In this document: positions 12,195 through 25,198 of the stretch, in pieces
Layout of the letters: the number at the start of each line of letters is the position of its first letter
Numbering within the stretch: position 1 is the stretch's first letter
From: Pavona decussata
Taxonomy: Eukaryota
Direction: 5' to 3'
DNA: 64,000 nucleotides
Assembly (NCBI GenBank): GCA_977016875.1
Contig: CDRNST010000064.1
Span: 186,001 to 250,000 of the forward strand
Notes under the pieces: model-generated
Seen by the model: the letters and a program-made list of their open reading frames with translations, nothing else
Told to the model about the DNA's origin: nothing
Databases searched by the model: none
Translations under genes and position numbers: made by a program

Positions 12195-12351
12195 CTGCAC
12201 GATGAACCATCCTCCAGGATAAAAAGGGAAAAGTAAATCTTCAAAGCCAGACCATGTGGAATGTAAACTCGATAAACACAGTCCATGTTGTTTGAATAGT
12301 CCTTTGGATATCCGGGACTTTTCAGTACGTTGTTGACAACGGCACTACATC
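12195..12351 (-). CDS. CUB-domain protein, exon encoding first half of CUB2
   Basis: cag|GATGT...TGCAG|gtac, 157 bp, phase 1 to 2. CSAVVNNVLKSPGYPKDYSNNMDCVYRVYIPHGLALKIYFSLFILEDGSSC carries the CUB SPxYPxxYxNNxxC motif. Confidence 0.9.
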
Positions 12352-12647
12352 CTGTTGGATTACGTAGACATTTAGTTTTAAATAGCGTATTATATTTAGG
12401 TTAAAGGGAAGAGAAAAACTGAGTGAAATAGAATTTAAAATATATATATATTTCGAAATGATTACTTACACATCACATCCTGTTGGATTACGGACACATT
12501 TATTTTTTAAAGAAGCCGGAATTAAATTAGGGTTAAGGGAAAGAGAAAAGCTGGGATAAATATATATATATATATTTTTTTTAACTAAAAACGATTGCTC
12601 TCCTTTTCAGTAAATTCAAAAAATGAGTTACATTAAATCCCATTTTA

Positions 12648-12992
12648 GTAATGGTAATTGAACTGAGTGGAGTGCGATTTGGTCTGAAATCATACGCGTG
12701 ATTTCAAAATCAAACGAGCGCGCAGTGCTAGTTTGATTTGAAATCACAAGTATGATTTCAGACCAAAATTGCACGATACAAAGTTCAATTACCACTTTAT
12801 TACACCTTTTTAAAATCACAGAGTATCATTGTCAATATTAGCATTCTATTTTTGTTACTTCATTTCGATTTTGATGGGCTAAAGAAAGGATGCGATTTAG
12901 AGCAAAAAATGGTGCAATTTGGGAATAAATCGCACTGTTGAGAGCCAATCAGATTGCAAGGATCACCAGTGATTTCAAAATGGGTGTAATAA
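12648..12992. mobile_element. Non-autonomous repeat with long internal hairpin
   Basis: Absent from the paralogous intron (empty site CCCATTTTAATGTATTAAACTC at ~22492). Inverted arms GGTCTGAAATCATAC...GTATGATTTCAGACC. Confidence 0.7.
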
Positions 12993-13849
12993 ATATATTA
13001 AACTCTGCAAAAATCAGCACAACGAGAATAAATTAATTGGTAAATAGCTTTGGTACGGTGGCACTGCTAAATTAAAATCTAAGCGTTGTGATACGTTATT
13101 TGTTCTTCTGCTTTAATTATATCTCAGAAATGGAATATTTTACAGAGAAACACTCGATTTGGTACAATTCATCATTTTTTTTACATGAAGGACTGCGAAT
13201 CAGCAAATGAGGTTCTGATTTCCTTCTATTTAAACTTAAAGTGCTCCTAATTCCTAAAATTTTGTTTTCTCTGAAACAAATCTTCATATTTTGGTTAGTA
13301 TCTCTGCGAAAAAAAAATGATTTGGTGAAATCTTTGCTCTTTTATCCTCTTTAAAGTCGAGTTCCAAATGGTTCACGACCGCATAAGGGGATCTGGGAGG
13401 GACCAAGTTGTGACGTAAAATCAATAACGACGCTCAAGCAATTTAGCAGAAAGCTCTCTTTACTTTCCAACAGTCAAATGCTCTCTGTAACAAACACCGG
13501 TCGATTCAGGCTCTTTAGCCACAGAATTCTACTGAAATTGACAATGTCAACCCACGTCATCAAATTTAGAGGCGAACGTTGATTCAGACAACATAGAAAT
13601 CACTTTTCTCGATTATAGAAAATGGAACCCGGTCAGGATTTATCCCGTTTATTAACATAGAGATCATCACAAACCTCGAGAGAATCTAGCGATGACGAGG
13701 CTGAAATTGTGGCGTCGCTTCGTTACGAAAATGCGTACGCTACGAAAATGCTAACGCTATTGTAAACTGTAAGATTGTCGATCACTCGGGGGTCATTTAT
13801 CGCCTGCTATCGAAGCTATATAAGCGTTAGGCCACAAACACACGACACA

Positions 13850-16770
13850 CTATGTATATTCTTCGTTCCAAATGCGCGAGACCACAAATGCGCCAAACAC
13901 AATGTATATTCTTCGTTCTAAATGCGTAACGCCACAAATGCGCTACATATTATGTATATTCTTCGTTCTAAATGCGCGAGACCACAAACACGCTACACAC
14001 AATGTATATTCTTCAATCTAAATGCGTAACGGCACAAACACGAGACACACGATGTATATCCTTCGTTCTAAATACGTGGCGGCACAAATGCGCTACCCAC
14101 AATGTATATTCTTCGTTCTAAATGCGTAACACCACAAATGCGCTACACACAATGTATACTCGTCGTGTTAAATGCGCGAGGCCACAAATGCGCCACACAC
14201 CATGTATATTCTTCGTTCTAATTGCGTAACACCACAAATGCGCTACACACAATGTATATTCTTCGTTCTTAATGCGTAACGCCACAAATGCACTACACAC
14301 AATGTACAATGTATTTTCTTCGTTCTAAATGCGTAAACGCTACAAACACAATGTATATTTTTCGTTCTAAATACGTGACGCCAAAAACACAATGTATATT
14401 CTTCGTTCTAAATAAGTGACGCCACAAATGCGCTACACACAATGTGTACTCTTCGTTCTAAATGCCCGAGACCACAAATGCGCCACACACAATGTATATT
14501 CTTCGTTCTAAATACGTGACGCCGAAAATCCACTAAACACAATGTATATTCTTCGTTCTAAATGCGTTGAGCCCCAAATGCGCTACACATAATGTATATT
14601 CTTCCTGCTAAACGCGTGACGCCAAAAATGCGCTACACACAATGTATATTCTTCGTTCTAAATGTGTAACGAGACAAATGCGCTATATACAATGTATAGT
14701 CTTCGTTCTAAATGCGTAACGACACAAATGCGCTACGCACAATGTATATTCTTCGTTCTAAATGCGTAACAACACAAATGCGCTACACACAACGTATATT
14801 CTTCGTTCTAAATACGTAACGCCAGTAATGCGCATACACATAATGTATATTCCTTGTTTTAAATAAGTGACGCAACAAATATGCTACACACAACATATAT
14901 TCTTCGTTCTAAATGCGTGACGACACAAATGCGCTAAACACAATGTACATTCTTCGTTCTAAATGCGTAACGACACAAATGGGCTACACACAATGTATAT
15001 TCTTCGTTTTAAATACGTAACGACACAAATGCGCTACACACAATGTATATTCTTCGTTCTAAATGCGTAACGACACAAATGGGCTACAATAATGTATATT
15101 CCTTGTTCTAAATACGTGACGCTACAAATGTGCTACACACAACATATATTCTTCGTTCTAAATGCGTGACGACACAAATGCGCTAAACACAATGTACATT
15201 CTTCGTTCTAAATGCGTAACGACACAAATGGGCTACACACAATGTATATTCTTAGTTCTAATTACGTGACACCACTAATGCGCTACACACAATGTATATT
15301 CTTCGTTCTAAATACGTGACACCACTAATGCGCTATACACAATGTATATTCTTCGTTCTTAATACGTAACGACACAAAAGCGCTACACACAATGTATATT
15401 CCTGGTTCTAAATGCGAAACGACACAAATGCGCTACACACAATGTATATTCTTCGTTTTAAATACGTAACGACACAAATGCGCTACACACAATGTATATT
15501 CTTCGTTCTAAATGCGTAACGACACAAATGCGCTACACACAAGGTATATTCTTCGTTCTAAATACGTAACGACACAAATGCGCTACACACAACATATATT
15601 CTTCGTTCTAAATGCGTAACGACACAAATGGGCTACAATAATGTATATTCCTTGTTCTAAATACGTGACGCTACAAATGTGCTACACACAACATATATTC
15701 TTCGTTCTAAATGCGTGACGACACAAATGCGCTAAACACAATGTACATTCTTCGTTCTAAATGCGTAACGACACAAATGGGCTACACACAATGTATATTC
15801 TTAGTTCTAATTACGTGACACCACTAATGCGCTACACACAATGTATATTCTTCGTTCTAAATACGTGACACCACTAATGCGCTATACACAATGTATATTC
15901 TTCGTTCTTAATACGTAACGACACAAAAGCGCTACACACAATGTATATTCCTGGTTCTAAATGCGAAACGACACAAATGCGCTACACACAATGTATATTC
16001 TTCGTTTTAAATACGTAACGACACAAATGCGCTACACACAATGTATATTCTTCGTTCTAAATGCGTAACGACACAAATGCGCTACACACAAGGTATATTC
16101 TTCGTTCTAAATACGTAACGACACAAATGCGCTACACACAACATATATTCTTCGTTCTAAATGCGTAACGACACAAATGCGCTACAATAATGTATATTCC
16201 TTGTTCTAAATACGTGACGCTACAAATGTGCTACACACAACATATATTATTCGTTTTAAATACTTGACGACACTAATGCGCTACACACAATGTATATTCT
16301 TCGTTCTAAATGCGTAACGCCACAAATGCGCTACACATAATGTATATTCTTTGTTCTAAATACGTGACGCCACTAATGCGCTACCTACAATGTATATTCT
16401 TCGTTCTAAATGCGTAACGCCACAAACACGCTACGCACAATGTATATTTCTCGTTCTTAATACGTGACACCACAAATGCGCTACACACAATGTATATTCT
16501 TTGTTCTAATTACGTGACGCCACAAATGGGCTTCACACAATGTAGATTCTTTGTTTTAAATGCGTGACGCCACAAATGCGCTGCACACAATGTATATTCT
16601 TTGTTCTAAATACGTGACGCCACAAACCCGCTACACACAATGTATATTCTTCGTTCTAAATGCGTAACGACACAAATGCCCTACACACAATGTATATTCT
16701 TCGTTCTAAATGCGTAACGACACAAATGCGCTACACACAATGTATATAAATCGTTCTAAATGCGTAACGC
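13850..16770. repeat. Satellite array, 50-bp monomer, ~58 copies, with 549-bp higher-order repeat
   Basis: Consensus AATGTATATTCTTCGTTCTAAATGCGTAACGACACAAATGCGCTACACAC. The diagnostic variant GCTACAATAATGTATATTCCTTG recurs at ~15081, ~15630 and ~16179. Confidence 0.97.
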
Positions 16771-17489
16771 CAAACCAACGAGTGGTGAGTATTGGACAAC
16801 CTTCTTACTCCCGACAGCAACTGGCAAGCCGTCTTACCGAGTTATACCTCTTATAATTCTTGACCGTTTGTACATGTTTAATTACATACAAAATCGTCGG
16901 AGAAACAATACTTTGAGCTTATTTGGAAACTCTTCGATGACTTCCTTCTTAGACTCATTAATAATTCATCAAGCCTAAACAAAAAATCACTACCCTGAAG
17001 GAGGTTTAGAAATGTGATCTTAATTATCATAAAATTTTGTGAACTTTTGCTTCTAATTTGAATAAAAAATCTAGGCTGCGCCTCGTTTTTCTAACCTACT
17101 TCTCGGTGTTTGGAAATCGGGGGAAACACTCTTCCTCGTGTTTGATATATTAGATCAATCGCGCATCTTCCTAACAAAGTCGATCCCGGTGTCTTCGCCT
17201 TTGGACGTTTATCGCCTTAAAAATATATCCTATCTTGATCCTATTGAGCGTTATTCCTTCCTGCAAGTTTTCTAACCTTACTTCAACCTTTACAACACAT
17301 CTGACCCGCATATTTAGACCACTGTTATTCTAACTTTCTAAACGAAACAAGTAAAGTGTCGGTAGTGTTGTCGTTTCTCAAAGTGACATCACAGCAGCCA
17401 CTAGAGCCTTGCTCTTTAAAATTTCGATCATGAACCAACATGGGGGTGACTTTGCGCGATTTTCCGTGTTTAAACCAGGCATAAAAATT

Positions 17490-19430
17490 TTTTCGAATAA
17501 AGCTCTCTCTAATGACGAGGTTAAACTCGTTTCTAGGGATCTTAAATTTATACCCATTCCTCCTGTTCCTAGCTCCGATAAATCCTCATTAAAGGATTTC
17601 AATAATTTTGCCAGAACAATGCGTTTGAAATATATGTTCGCAAGCAAAAGGAAACTCACTCTGCACCTCCCTTCTATGTTAAATCCACATGGCAACCACT
17701 TATCCAAAACTCCGTTGCCCTTGAAGATTACTTGCAAGAAACAAACCTTGGAACTTGCTTCAGTAGTTTTCCGCACTCTTTTAGACAATATTTCGGCAAG
17801 CGTGAGAACAGCCATCGACTCACTTAAACCACCTTCATCCTCTCTTGCTTAAACGAAACAGCGAAAATCTCAAAAAAAGCTAACAAAGGAAAGACTACGG
17901 TCATTATGGATACCATACAAAAAATTAAAGAAGGCTTACAACAATTATCTGATGATAACGTCTACAAGCCTCTCGAAACTCCTATTTTGCTGGAGACTGC
18001 CCTAATAGTGAATCGGATAGTGGACAAACTATTCCGTTCGGGTAATATTGACATAATGACTCACAAATGGTTAACAATCGGTCTTAAACAGCACCGCATA
18101 CCAGAATTTTACACGCTGACAAAAATCCACAAGAAAATACCGGTCGACAAACCTATCGTTTCTGGTAGCAGTGGCCCTACCGGGGACGTATTTCTAGTTT
18201 CGTCGACTCAGTAATACAAACGATCGCTTAAAATAAGAGTCAAGTCTAAAAGACACAACCGATTTTATAAACTTCATCGAAAACGCGCAAATCTCAGATG
18301 ATGTGGTTTTAGGCACCTTGATGTAAGTTCCCTTAACACAAACATTCCTCAAACAGAAGGGATGGCCGTTATATGTCGCCAACACGAAAACCACTATGAG
18401 CACGATTTACAAAAATTCCCACAAACGGGAACTTTTACGGCTCATACTCGAAGAGAATTCTTTCAAGTTTAACGAAAGACACTTGATAAAAACACATGGC
18501 GTCGCCATGGGAACTAAGACAGCAGTTGCTTTCTCTGTTATTTTTGTGGCAGAGCAAGAAAAACGACTGCTAATGGCTAGCCTCTCTAAACCTTTCGTTT
18601 TAAAACGATTTATTGATGACATATTTTCACTGCGAAACATTTCAATGCGAGAAGTTTCCAATTATGTTAACCTTGCTAACACGTTCCACCCTACAATCAA
18701 GTTCACTTGTGAAATGTCATCTGAACGCGCTGTTTTTCTTGACACTGAGGCTTTTCAAAGGACCTCGTCTTTCAAGTCATAGAACCCTTGACTTGCAAAC
18801 GCATTTCAAGCCTACCGAAACTTTTCAATATACTCACTTCTCATCTTGCCACACTTTAAAGTGTAAAAAGGGGTTTATATAAGGAGAAGCATTAAGTGTT
18901 TTAAGAACTTTCTAAGTCAGAGAAAACTTTTGTAAAAAACAAACGAGACTTTGAACACAGACTCTGTAAAAGAGGACGCTCGTTCAAGAAACACTGACTG
19001 ACCTTAAGTTCGCCAACAGAAAAGAGGCTCTTTGCAAGAAAACCACACAAACAAAAGAGATTGTACCGTTTGTTACTACCTTAAATCCGGCCACACCAAA
19101 TCTCAAAAAGATTCTTATGAAACACTGGCGCATCATTCAACAGCAACCTAAGGTACAAAAAATCTTAAACCAGCCACCGATTTTGTCGTACAGGAAGAAA
19201 AAATCCGTCAAGGACATCCTTGTCCGCGCGAAAATTCCTTCAATCTCGTAAACAATCACAAAGCAAACAAAGCGGTTAAAAGCCAACTAGAAGACATTTT
19301 GCATACGATCACTTTAACTGGCTCCTAAAAGCGGCAATCACGCATCCATGCGTTTATTGCAACACAACCGGGTCAAAATATTTTCTGATCTAATATTCTA
19401 ACCCTCATCACTGATCATTCTTGTTTCAAA
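17490..19430 (+). mobile_element. Decayed Penelope-like retroelement RT, no C-terminal GIY-YIG visible
   Basis: LVSRDLKFIPIP; RIPEFYTLTKIHK..PIVSGSSGPT; KDTTDFINFIE; TNIPQTEG; GVAMGTKTA; KRFIDDIF; FHPTIKFT; HFKPTETFQYTHFSSCH. The frame ends SVKDILVRAKIPSIS* at 19251. Multiple frameshifts. Confidence 0.92.
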
Positions 19431-20348
19431 CGTGGAAGGACTCGTAGACTTTACTGAAACAAAGACTTAACCAAATAAAAAAATGTTTTGCAGAGGTACT
19501 CACTAAAGTCTGAGGATTGTTTTGAGAGAAAAACATTTGGGGGGCTAGGTGCACTTTTATTGGTCGAGGTTGGCATATTGTTAGTATCAATGGGAGCTGC
19601 AAGTAGATTTTTTTGTGACAAGCGGAAACTTGCAAGTAAAGAGACAACAAGTCATATGGAAGCCTCGTTTGACGTTCAGTATTGACAGGAAAATTTTAAT
19701 TTCAAGTATTTAAGCCACGCATCTTAATATCCTCTATTTGCACAAGGTGTCATCAAGTCATCAAGACCTAGTGATAAATTGCATGTACTTAGCTAGCAGA
19801 ACCAATTTTTAGAGAGTGACAATAGAATGCTGATCAGCGCAACCAAATACAATAAGAAAACAGCTTTTGGAACCTTTATTCTCCGACAAGTTTACATCAA
19901 CGTCCACTCGCCTCATTGCGCCGATTAAAAACCCATTTGTTCCACAAACATGAAAGCGTAGGAAGGTTAATTTTTCAATAATTTTATTGAGAATGTATAC
20001 TATTATAGCATCACTGAAGAAATACTGTCAGCTATTACCTTGAGATGGACACTGGGCAGAGATAAGCAGGGTCTCTGCGTTGTTTGTGGGTTTGTCCAAT
20101 TAGGCATTGTAACGTTTCGTGTGAAGGGATTTTTTTTTTTTTTTACAAACTTGATTACTGGAGACTTAGGTGGCCCTGTTTACACTGAAATAGTACATTT
20201 TTAAACTAAACTGTAATAACAATCTCCCTAATCTTCAATTCCTTCTCGTCGCGCAGTTTCTATGTAAAAGCTGTTGATAAGTCTAATGTTAGATTAAAAA
20301 CCTAAATCTAGTAATATATATTTAAAAAAAATTCAAGTCATCTATTAC

Positions 20349-20384
20349 CTGATGCTTGACTTGTGGGAGGCAAAGTGGTGTTTC
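20349..20384 (-). CDS. CUB-domain protein, 36-nt inter-CUB linker exon
   Basis: ttgacag|GAAAC...ATCAG|gtaata, phase 1-1, (G)NTTLPPTSQAS. Shortened paralog of the 72-nt exons. Confidence 0.72.
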
Positions 20385-21173
20385 CTGTCAAGAATCAATT
20401 AGAAAACGAAATAGCTAGATATATATTATGTAAAACAGTTTTTCAAGATGCACTTTCCAACCCATCGGTATTACTTGTTAGCTCAATAAATGAGAAATCT
20501 CCTGGTATCTAGTAACGGATGGACGAGCAATTTATGTGTGGCAGTTGTTTACAAATATGAACGAATGTTTTGTAAACCTGTCAGGAACAATCAGGGACGA
20601 TCAGACAAAGGTTGCCAAGTTATATCCTCGAAATGTATCCAAAGGTCATTAAAGACCACTCAATAAACAGTATAAAATGTTAATTTTCTAAGGTTATACT
20701 GATCATTTCAAAAAAGAGCATACTCGTTCATTATCATTACTTCAGGAAAGCGCCAAAATACGGCGTAAAAACTGCCAGTCAAAACTTCGTTTACTTTTTA
20801 AAAATTGTATGTCTTAATCTTTGTATCGAGAAAAAAAATACTGCTGAGATAAAAAGTTGTGTTCGTAGAGTTTATTTTAAGAGCCTGCTTAATACGGACA
20901 CCTTAATAATGCCGACTTTTTATCATGCCCCATTGGTGTACACAGGTTAATAGGGTTTTACTGTAATAAATAACCTTAACCGATTTTGTACCACGTGGCG
21001 TGCTTTTTGTTCATTAAGAAAGCCTAGATATTAATCGACAAATTATAATTGAACTTAACAAACAATCTCTCTGTTAGGAAAGGACGAAAATTAGTAAAAA
21101 ATAAAGAAGCAAATTGATATTTACTTTGGAGACTATTTCTGCAATAAAATTTCGTTCGACTCTTTGTACTTAC

Positions 21174-21343
21174 CCGGAACAAAGGAGAAAACTAACTTGT
21201 ATCCACTGTCTTCAAGACTGCCGTCTGAGTGAAAGGTCATTACAGCAAAGCGTCCAGTGACAATGATATTCCGTCCAGACTGCGCCCCACAGTATGTACC
21301 CACGGTATAGTTGTTATCATTGGAAATCCTCAAGTAGTCAAAG
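21174..21343 (-). CDS. CUB-domain protein, exon encoding second half of CUB1
   Basis: ttgcag|CTTTGAC...TTCCGG|gtaag, phase 2 to 1. FDYLRISNDNNYTVGTYCGAQSGRNIIVTGRFAVMTFHSDGSLEDSGYKLVFSFVP carries the CUB DYLxI, YCG and FxSD motifs. Confidence 0.93.
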
Positions 21344-22101
21344 CTGCAAACAAGAAAGACGTATTCTTTTAGTTCATTTATGATGAGATAACATAAGCTT
21401 GAATGACGTGAGCTAACACAACTTGACAAGATAAGATGAGACAAAATCACAGGCATTATTTCATGTTTACTGAGTTGAAAGAATACGGTCAATTATTAAA
21501 AAATAAGTCAACATGTATACATTAAAGTACTGCAAGCCTTACAATAACTTCCATTAAACTATATAATGACTAGTCTACAAGGTTACTCAAGACATTGCTT
21601 AAGTGATACATGGCATAATAATAAATAACGCAAATACAACGACTCAGACAAACAAATCTTACACATAGCTTATTTATCCATTTTGTAGAATAAAAAATCA
21701 AAAGTACAAGAACACCCGATAATCAGGCAAGCTTGAAGTACAGAAAGACGCGAAGAACAAAACAAACACAGATCACATACATGCAAGACCAGTTTTTCAC
21801 ATGTGTGTCATGAGAATAATTGACAATGCAGTCTAGTTATAAATTTGATTCTTATATGCAGATTAAAACAACAGAAACAAACAAACAACAGTTGAATGAG
21901 TCTTTAGATAAAAATAGCTAATTTTAGTGTAATGAGACTAACAGGTAACTTTGTTCTTTGGGTTGTCTCACAAACTTCTTTTTCAGTAGTGTATACAATT
22001 TATCAATCACAGCAAATGTAGAGAACAATCAATACCACCCATTATCATGCAATGAAGGTAAAGCAATGTATACTCTAAACACTCATTCAATAGAATTGTA
22101 C

Positions 22102-22258
22102 CTGCAAGATGAATGACTCTCCAGGCTAAATTTGGAAAAGTAAATCTTTACAGCCAGGCCAAGTGGAATATAAACTCGATAAACACAGTCCATGTTGTTT
22201 GGATAGTTACTTGGATATCCGGGACTTTTCAGTACGTTGTTGACAACCTCACCACATC
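22102..22258 (-). CDS. CUB-domain protein, exon encoding first half of CUB1
   Basis: cag|GATGT...TGCAG|gtac, 157 bp. CGEVVNNVLKSPGYPSNYPNNMDCVYRVYIPLGLAVKIYFSKFSLESHSSC splices in frame to 21343. Confidence 0.93.
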
Positions 22259-25126
22259 CTGTTGAATTACGTAGACATTTATTTTTTAAATAAGCATTAT
22301 ATTAAGGTTAAAGGGAAGAGAAAAACTGAGTAAAATAAAAAAAATACTATTTCAAAATGATTACTCGCACATCACATCCTGTTGGATTAGGAACACAATT
22401 ATGTTTAAATAATTATTTTATTAAGGTTTGAGGAAAGAGAAAAGCTGAGTGCTCTCCTTTTCAGTAAATTAAAAAAATAGTCACTACAATTCCCATTTTA
22501 ATGTATTAAACTCTGCAAAAACCAGCGCAACGCTTATAAATTAATTAGTGTTTAGTTTTGGTACGTTGGCACTGCTAAATTAAAATCTAAGCATTGTCAT
22601 ACGCTTTTTGTTCTTCTACTTTAATTATATATCAGAAATACAATATTTTACAGAGAAACACCTGTTTTAGCACAGTTCATTTATTTTTCACACGAAGGAC
22701 TACGAATCAGCAAATGAGGTTCTGATTTCCTTCTACTTAAAGTTAAAGTGCTCCTAACTCCTAGTTTCCTTTTTCTCCCAAACTAATTTTCATACCGGAA
22801 CCCCATAGCTTAGAAAATTTGGGAAACCATGTTTGGTTATGACGTCACTTTTCGTCTGACCGTCCGTACGCAATCCCACCTTGCTATAATGTGCCCGTGT
22901 TTGTTTTGCGGGAAGTTTTATGGCGAGCTGCATTTACAACTGAAATGCTAATGAACACAAATACAAAGTCTATTTATATGTATTTGTTGGATATGTTGAC
23001 AAACGTGGAAAGAGGAGAAAGTAAGAGAACAAAGAAAACAAAAAAGTGGAAACGATTAAGCAAAGTTGAGCGTGAAAGAGAGCGACGGATAGCAAGTTAA
23101 AGTTAGAGCAGCCTGTCTTGAAAAGTAAGTTTAAAGAAGCCTCACGTTTGTCTATATCACCCGTTCATGATCACTTGTGGTAAATTTTAGAACTAAAATA
23201 AAAGCTTTACATAGACAGTTTAATCGCTTTCGCTACTATCAATATTCGAAAAAAAGTAAAATTTTTAAAAAATTGGTTTCTTGGCCACACCGCACGGCTC
23301 TCGTGTTTGTAAACCCACACAAGTTTCAAAGCTCTGTATAATTCTACCAAACACAAAAGACTATTTTTCTTAACGTTTGTTAAGAGACTATATCTATTAC
23401 TAATGAGGAGCACAATTTGCACAGTTTTGTTATTTCCAAAAATTTTTTCTCCGGAAGCTAACTTGCTCTCGCAAAAAAAGAGCGTGGAGACAGCGTCATT
23501 ATTACCAAATGGATCCGCCCTCTTGGATTTCGGGATTTCCCCAAAACTTCAGGAAAGCACCAAAATTGAGTGAAAACTAATCAAAGCCATTAAAGGAACA
23601 CTAATTTTAGCTAAAAGAAAAAAAAAAGAAAAAGTTGTATTAAGAAAAGAATTTTTTTTCATTTCAAAAAGGGATTTCTCATTTCCTGAAAAAGAACTGC
23701 CTGTCAAAATTTGGTTGCCATGGCAACATTAAAGTCAATGAACACTAAACGACCACATAAACGTTTTGTAGTTAAATTTCTGAAAACGCCCCGAAGTTTC
23801 ATGGCGTTAACGCGAATATATATTAAAAAAAAACTTATTATGGTTCAAAATCGCCGTGGAGAGAATCCCCCCCCCCCTCCCATTTACATACGGTTAATCT
23901 AATTTTCTAAAAGAAACATGTGGAGTGTGCATAATGTTGCCGTGTTCTCAAAGTGATGTCAGCAGCCACTAGACCCTTAAAACTCGGTCGTGTAAGAAAA
24001 TGATAATGATTTAAGACGATTTCCCTTATTTCAATATGGCACAAAATGGCGAAGATTTTGCCGAGTCATAAAAAAACATACTTCTGCAGAGAGATCTACA
24101 AAACATGTGAATTTTTGTAGGAGAAAAAAATGGTGGAGGAGTGGTTTAAGTACACATTAATTGCGTGAGCTTAGCATACTGTTAGTATTAATGGGGGCTG
24201 CCTGAAGTAGACTTTTTGTTAGTGGAAACTTGCAAGTAAAGAAATAATACACATTTCTTCCATGTGTTTTACTTCAGCAAGTCATTCGGAAGCCTCGTTT
24301 AATAATATTGCCAAGACAATCTGACTTTGAAGTATTTAAGCAACACTCTTTAAAGGGCCATAGTCAGCCACACCTTTGTTTTTGTTTATATGCGAGAGTT
24401 TGGCTATTATAATTAATACGGAGCATGTTGAAATGAACGAAATCACTGTAAAACTACTAAAGATAATGAAACATACTTTCACAAACACATCTTACAGTAA
24501 GGCAATAAGTTTCGGTTCACCATGCAATATTAATAATTTCGATGGCATCGAAAATGGCGGAGACTCCATTCACATAAGATGGTATCAAAGTTTTACAAAA
24601 AATGCATTTACTTGGCTAGCAGAATCAATTTTTAGAAAGTGACAAATGATTACCACAACCAAATACAATAAGAAACCAGCTTTAATAAACTTACTTCTCC
24701 ACCAAGTTTACAAAAATATCCACTAAATAAATTACGCCGATTAAAACCCTTTATTCTGTAGACTTGAAGGCGTTGGGAGATTAAATTTTCCAAAATTTTA
24801 TTAACAATGTATACTTAGAGAAGAAAGAGAAATGCAGTCGCCTACTAGTTAATGTAGTAGTAAGAAGTTAGTCAATGGTGGTCTTTGTGTTGTCGGTGGG
24901 TTTGCCCAAGGGCGAGTTGTATTTATAAACTGCATCAAGGGAGACCTAGGTGAACCCGTTTTTAACAGAATTAATGCATTTTTAAACTGACCGGTAATAA
25001 TAAGCTCCCTAATTTTCAATTCCTTATCGTCGAGCAATTTGTATGCGACAGTTGTCACAAGTGTAACGTGAGATTAAAAACCTAATTGGAGTAATATATA
25101 CTTCAAACATACAAGTCATATCTTAC

Positions 25127-25198
25127 GTGGTGCTTGACTCGGTGTCGGGGACGCTGGTCTGTTTGTGGTCGGTAGGTTTGTCGACGGAGTCAAAGTGG
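25127..25198 (-). CDS. CUB-domain protein, 72-nt Pro/Thr/Ser-rich exon (copy 4)
   Basis: aatag|...|gtaaga, phase 1-1, TLTPSTNLPTTNRPASPTPSQAP. Confidence 0.72.

Larger units (their letters stand above)
13240..19555. mobile_element. TTAA-flanked non-autonomous DNA element (Kolobok-like) swollen by nested insertions
   Basis: Ends ttaaAGTGCTCCTAA and TAGGTGCACTttta. A shorter paralogous copy lies at ~22747-24143 and another right end at ~35829-35842. The internal piece 17378-17480 matches 23948-24050. Confidence 0.5.

Noticed and set aside
13850-16770. CRISPR-like array
   Set aside because: Contiguous monomers with no unique spacers, no cas genes and a eukaryotic context. It is a satellite.
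23714-23727. Perfect RFX X-box GTTGCCATGGCAAC (near-copy at ~43057)
   Set aside because: Both lie within a dispersed repeat in introns, with no evidence of promoter function.
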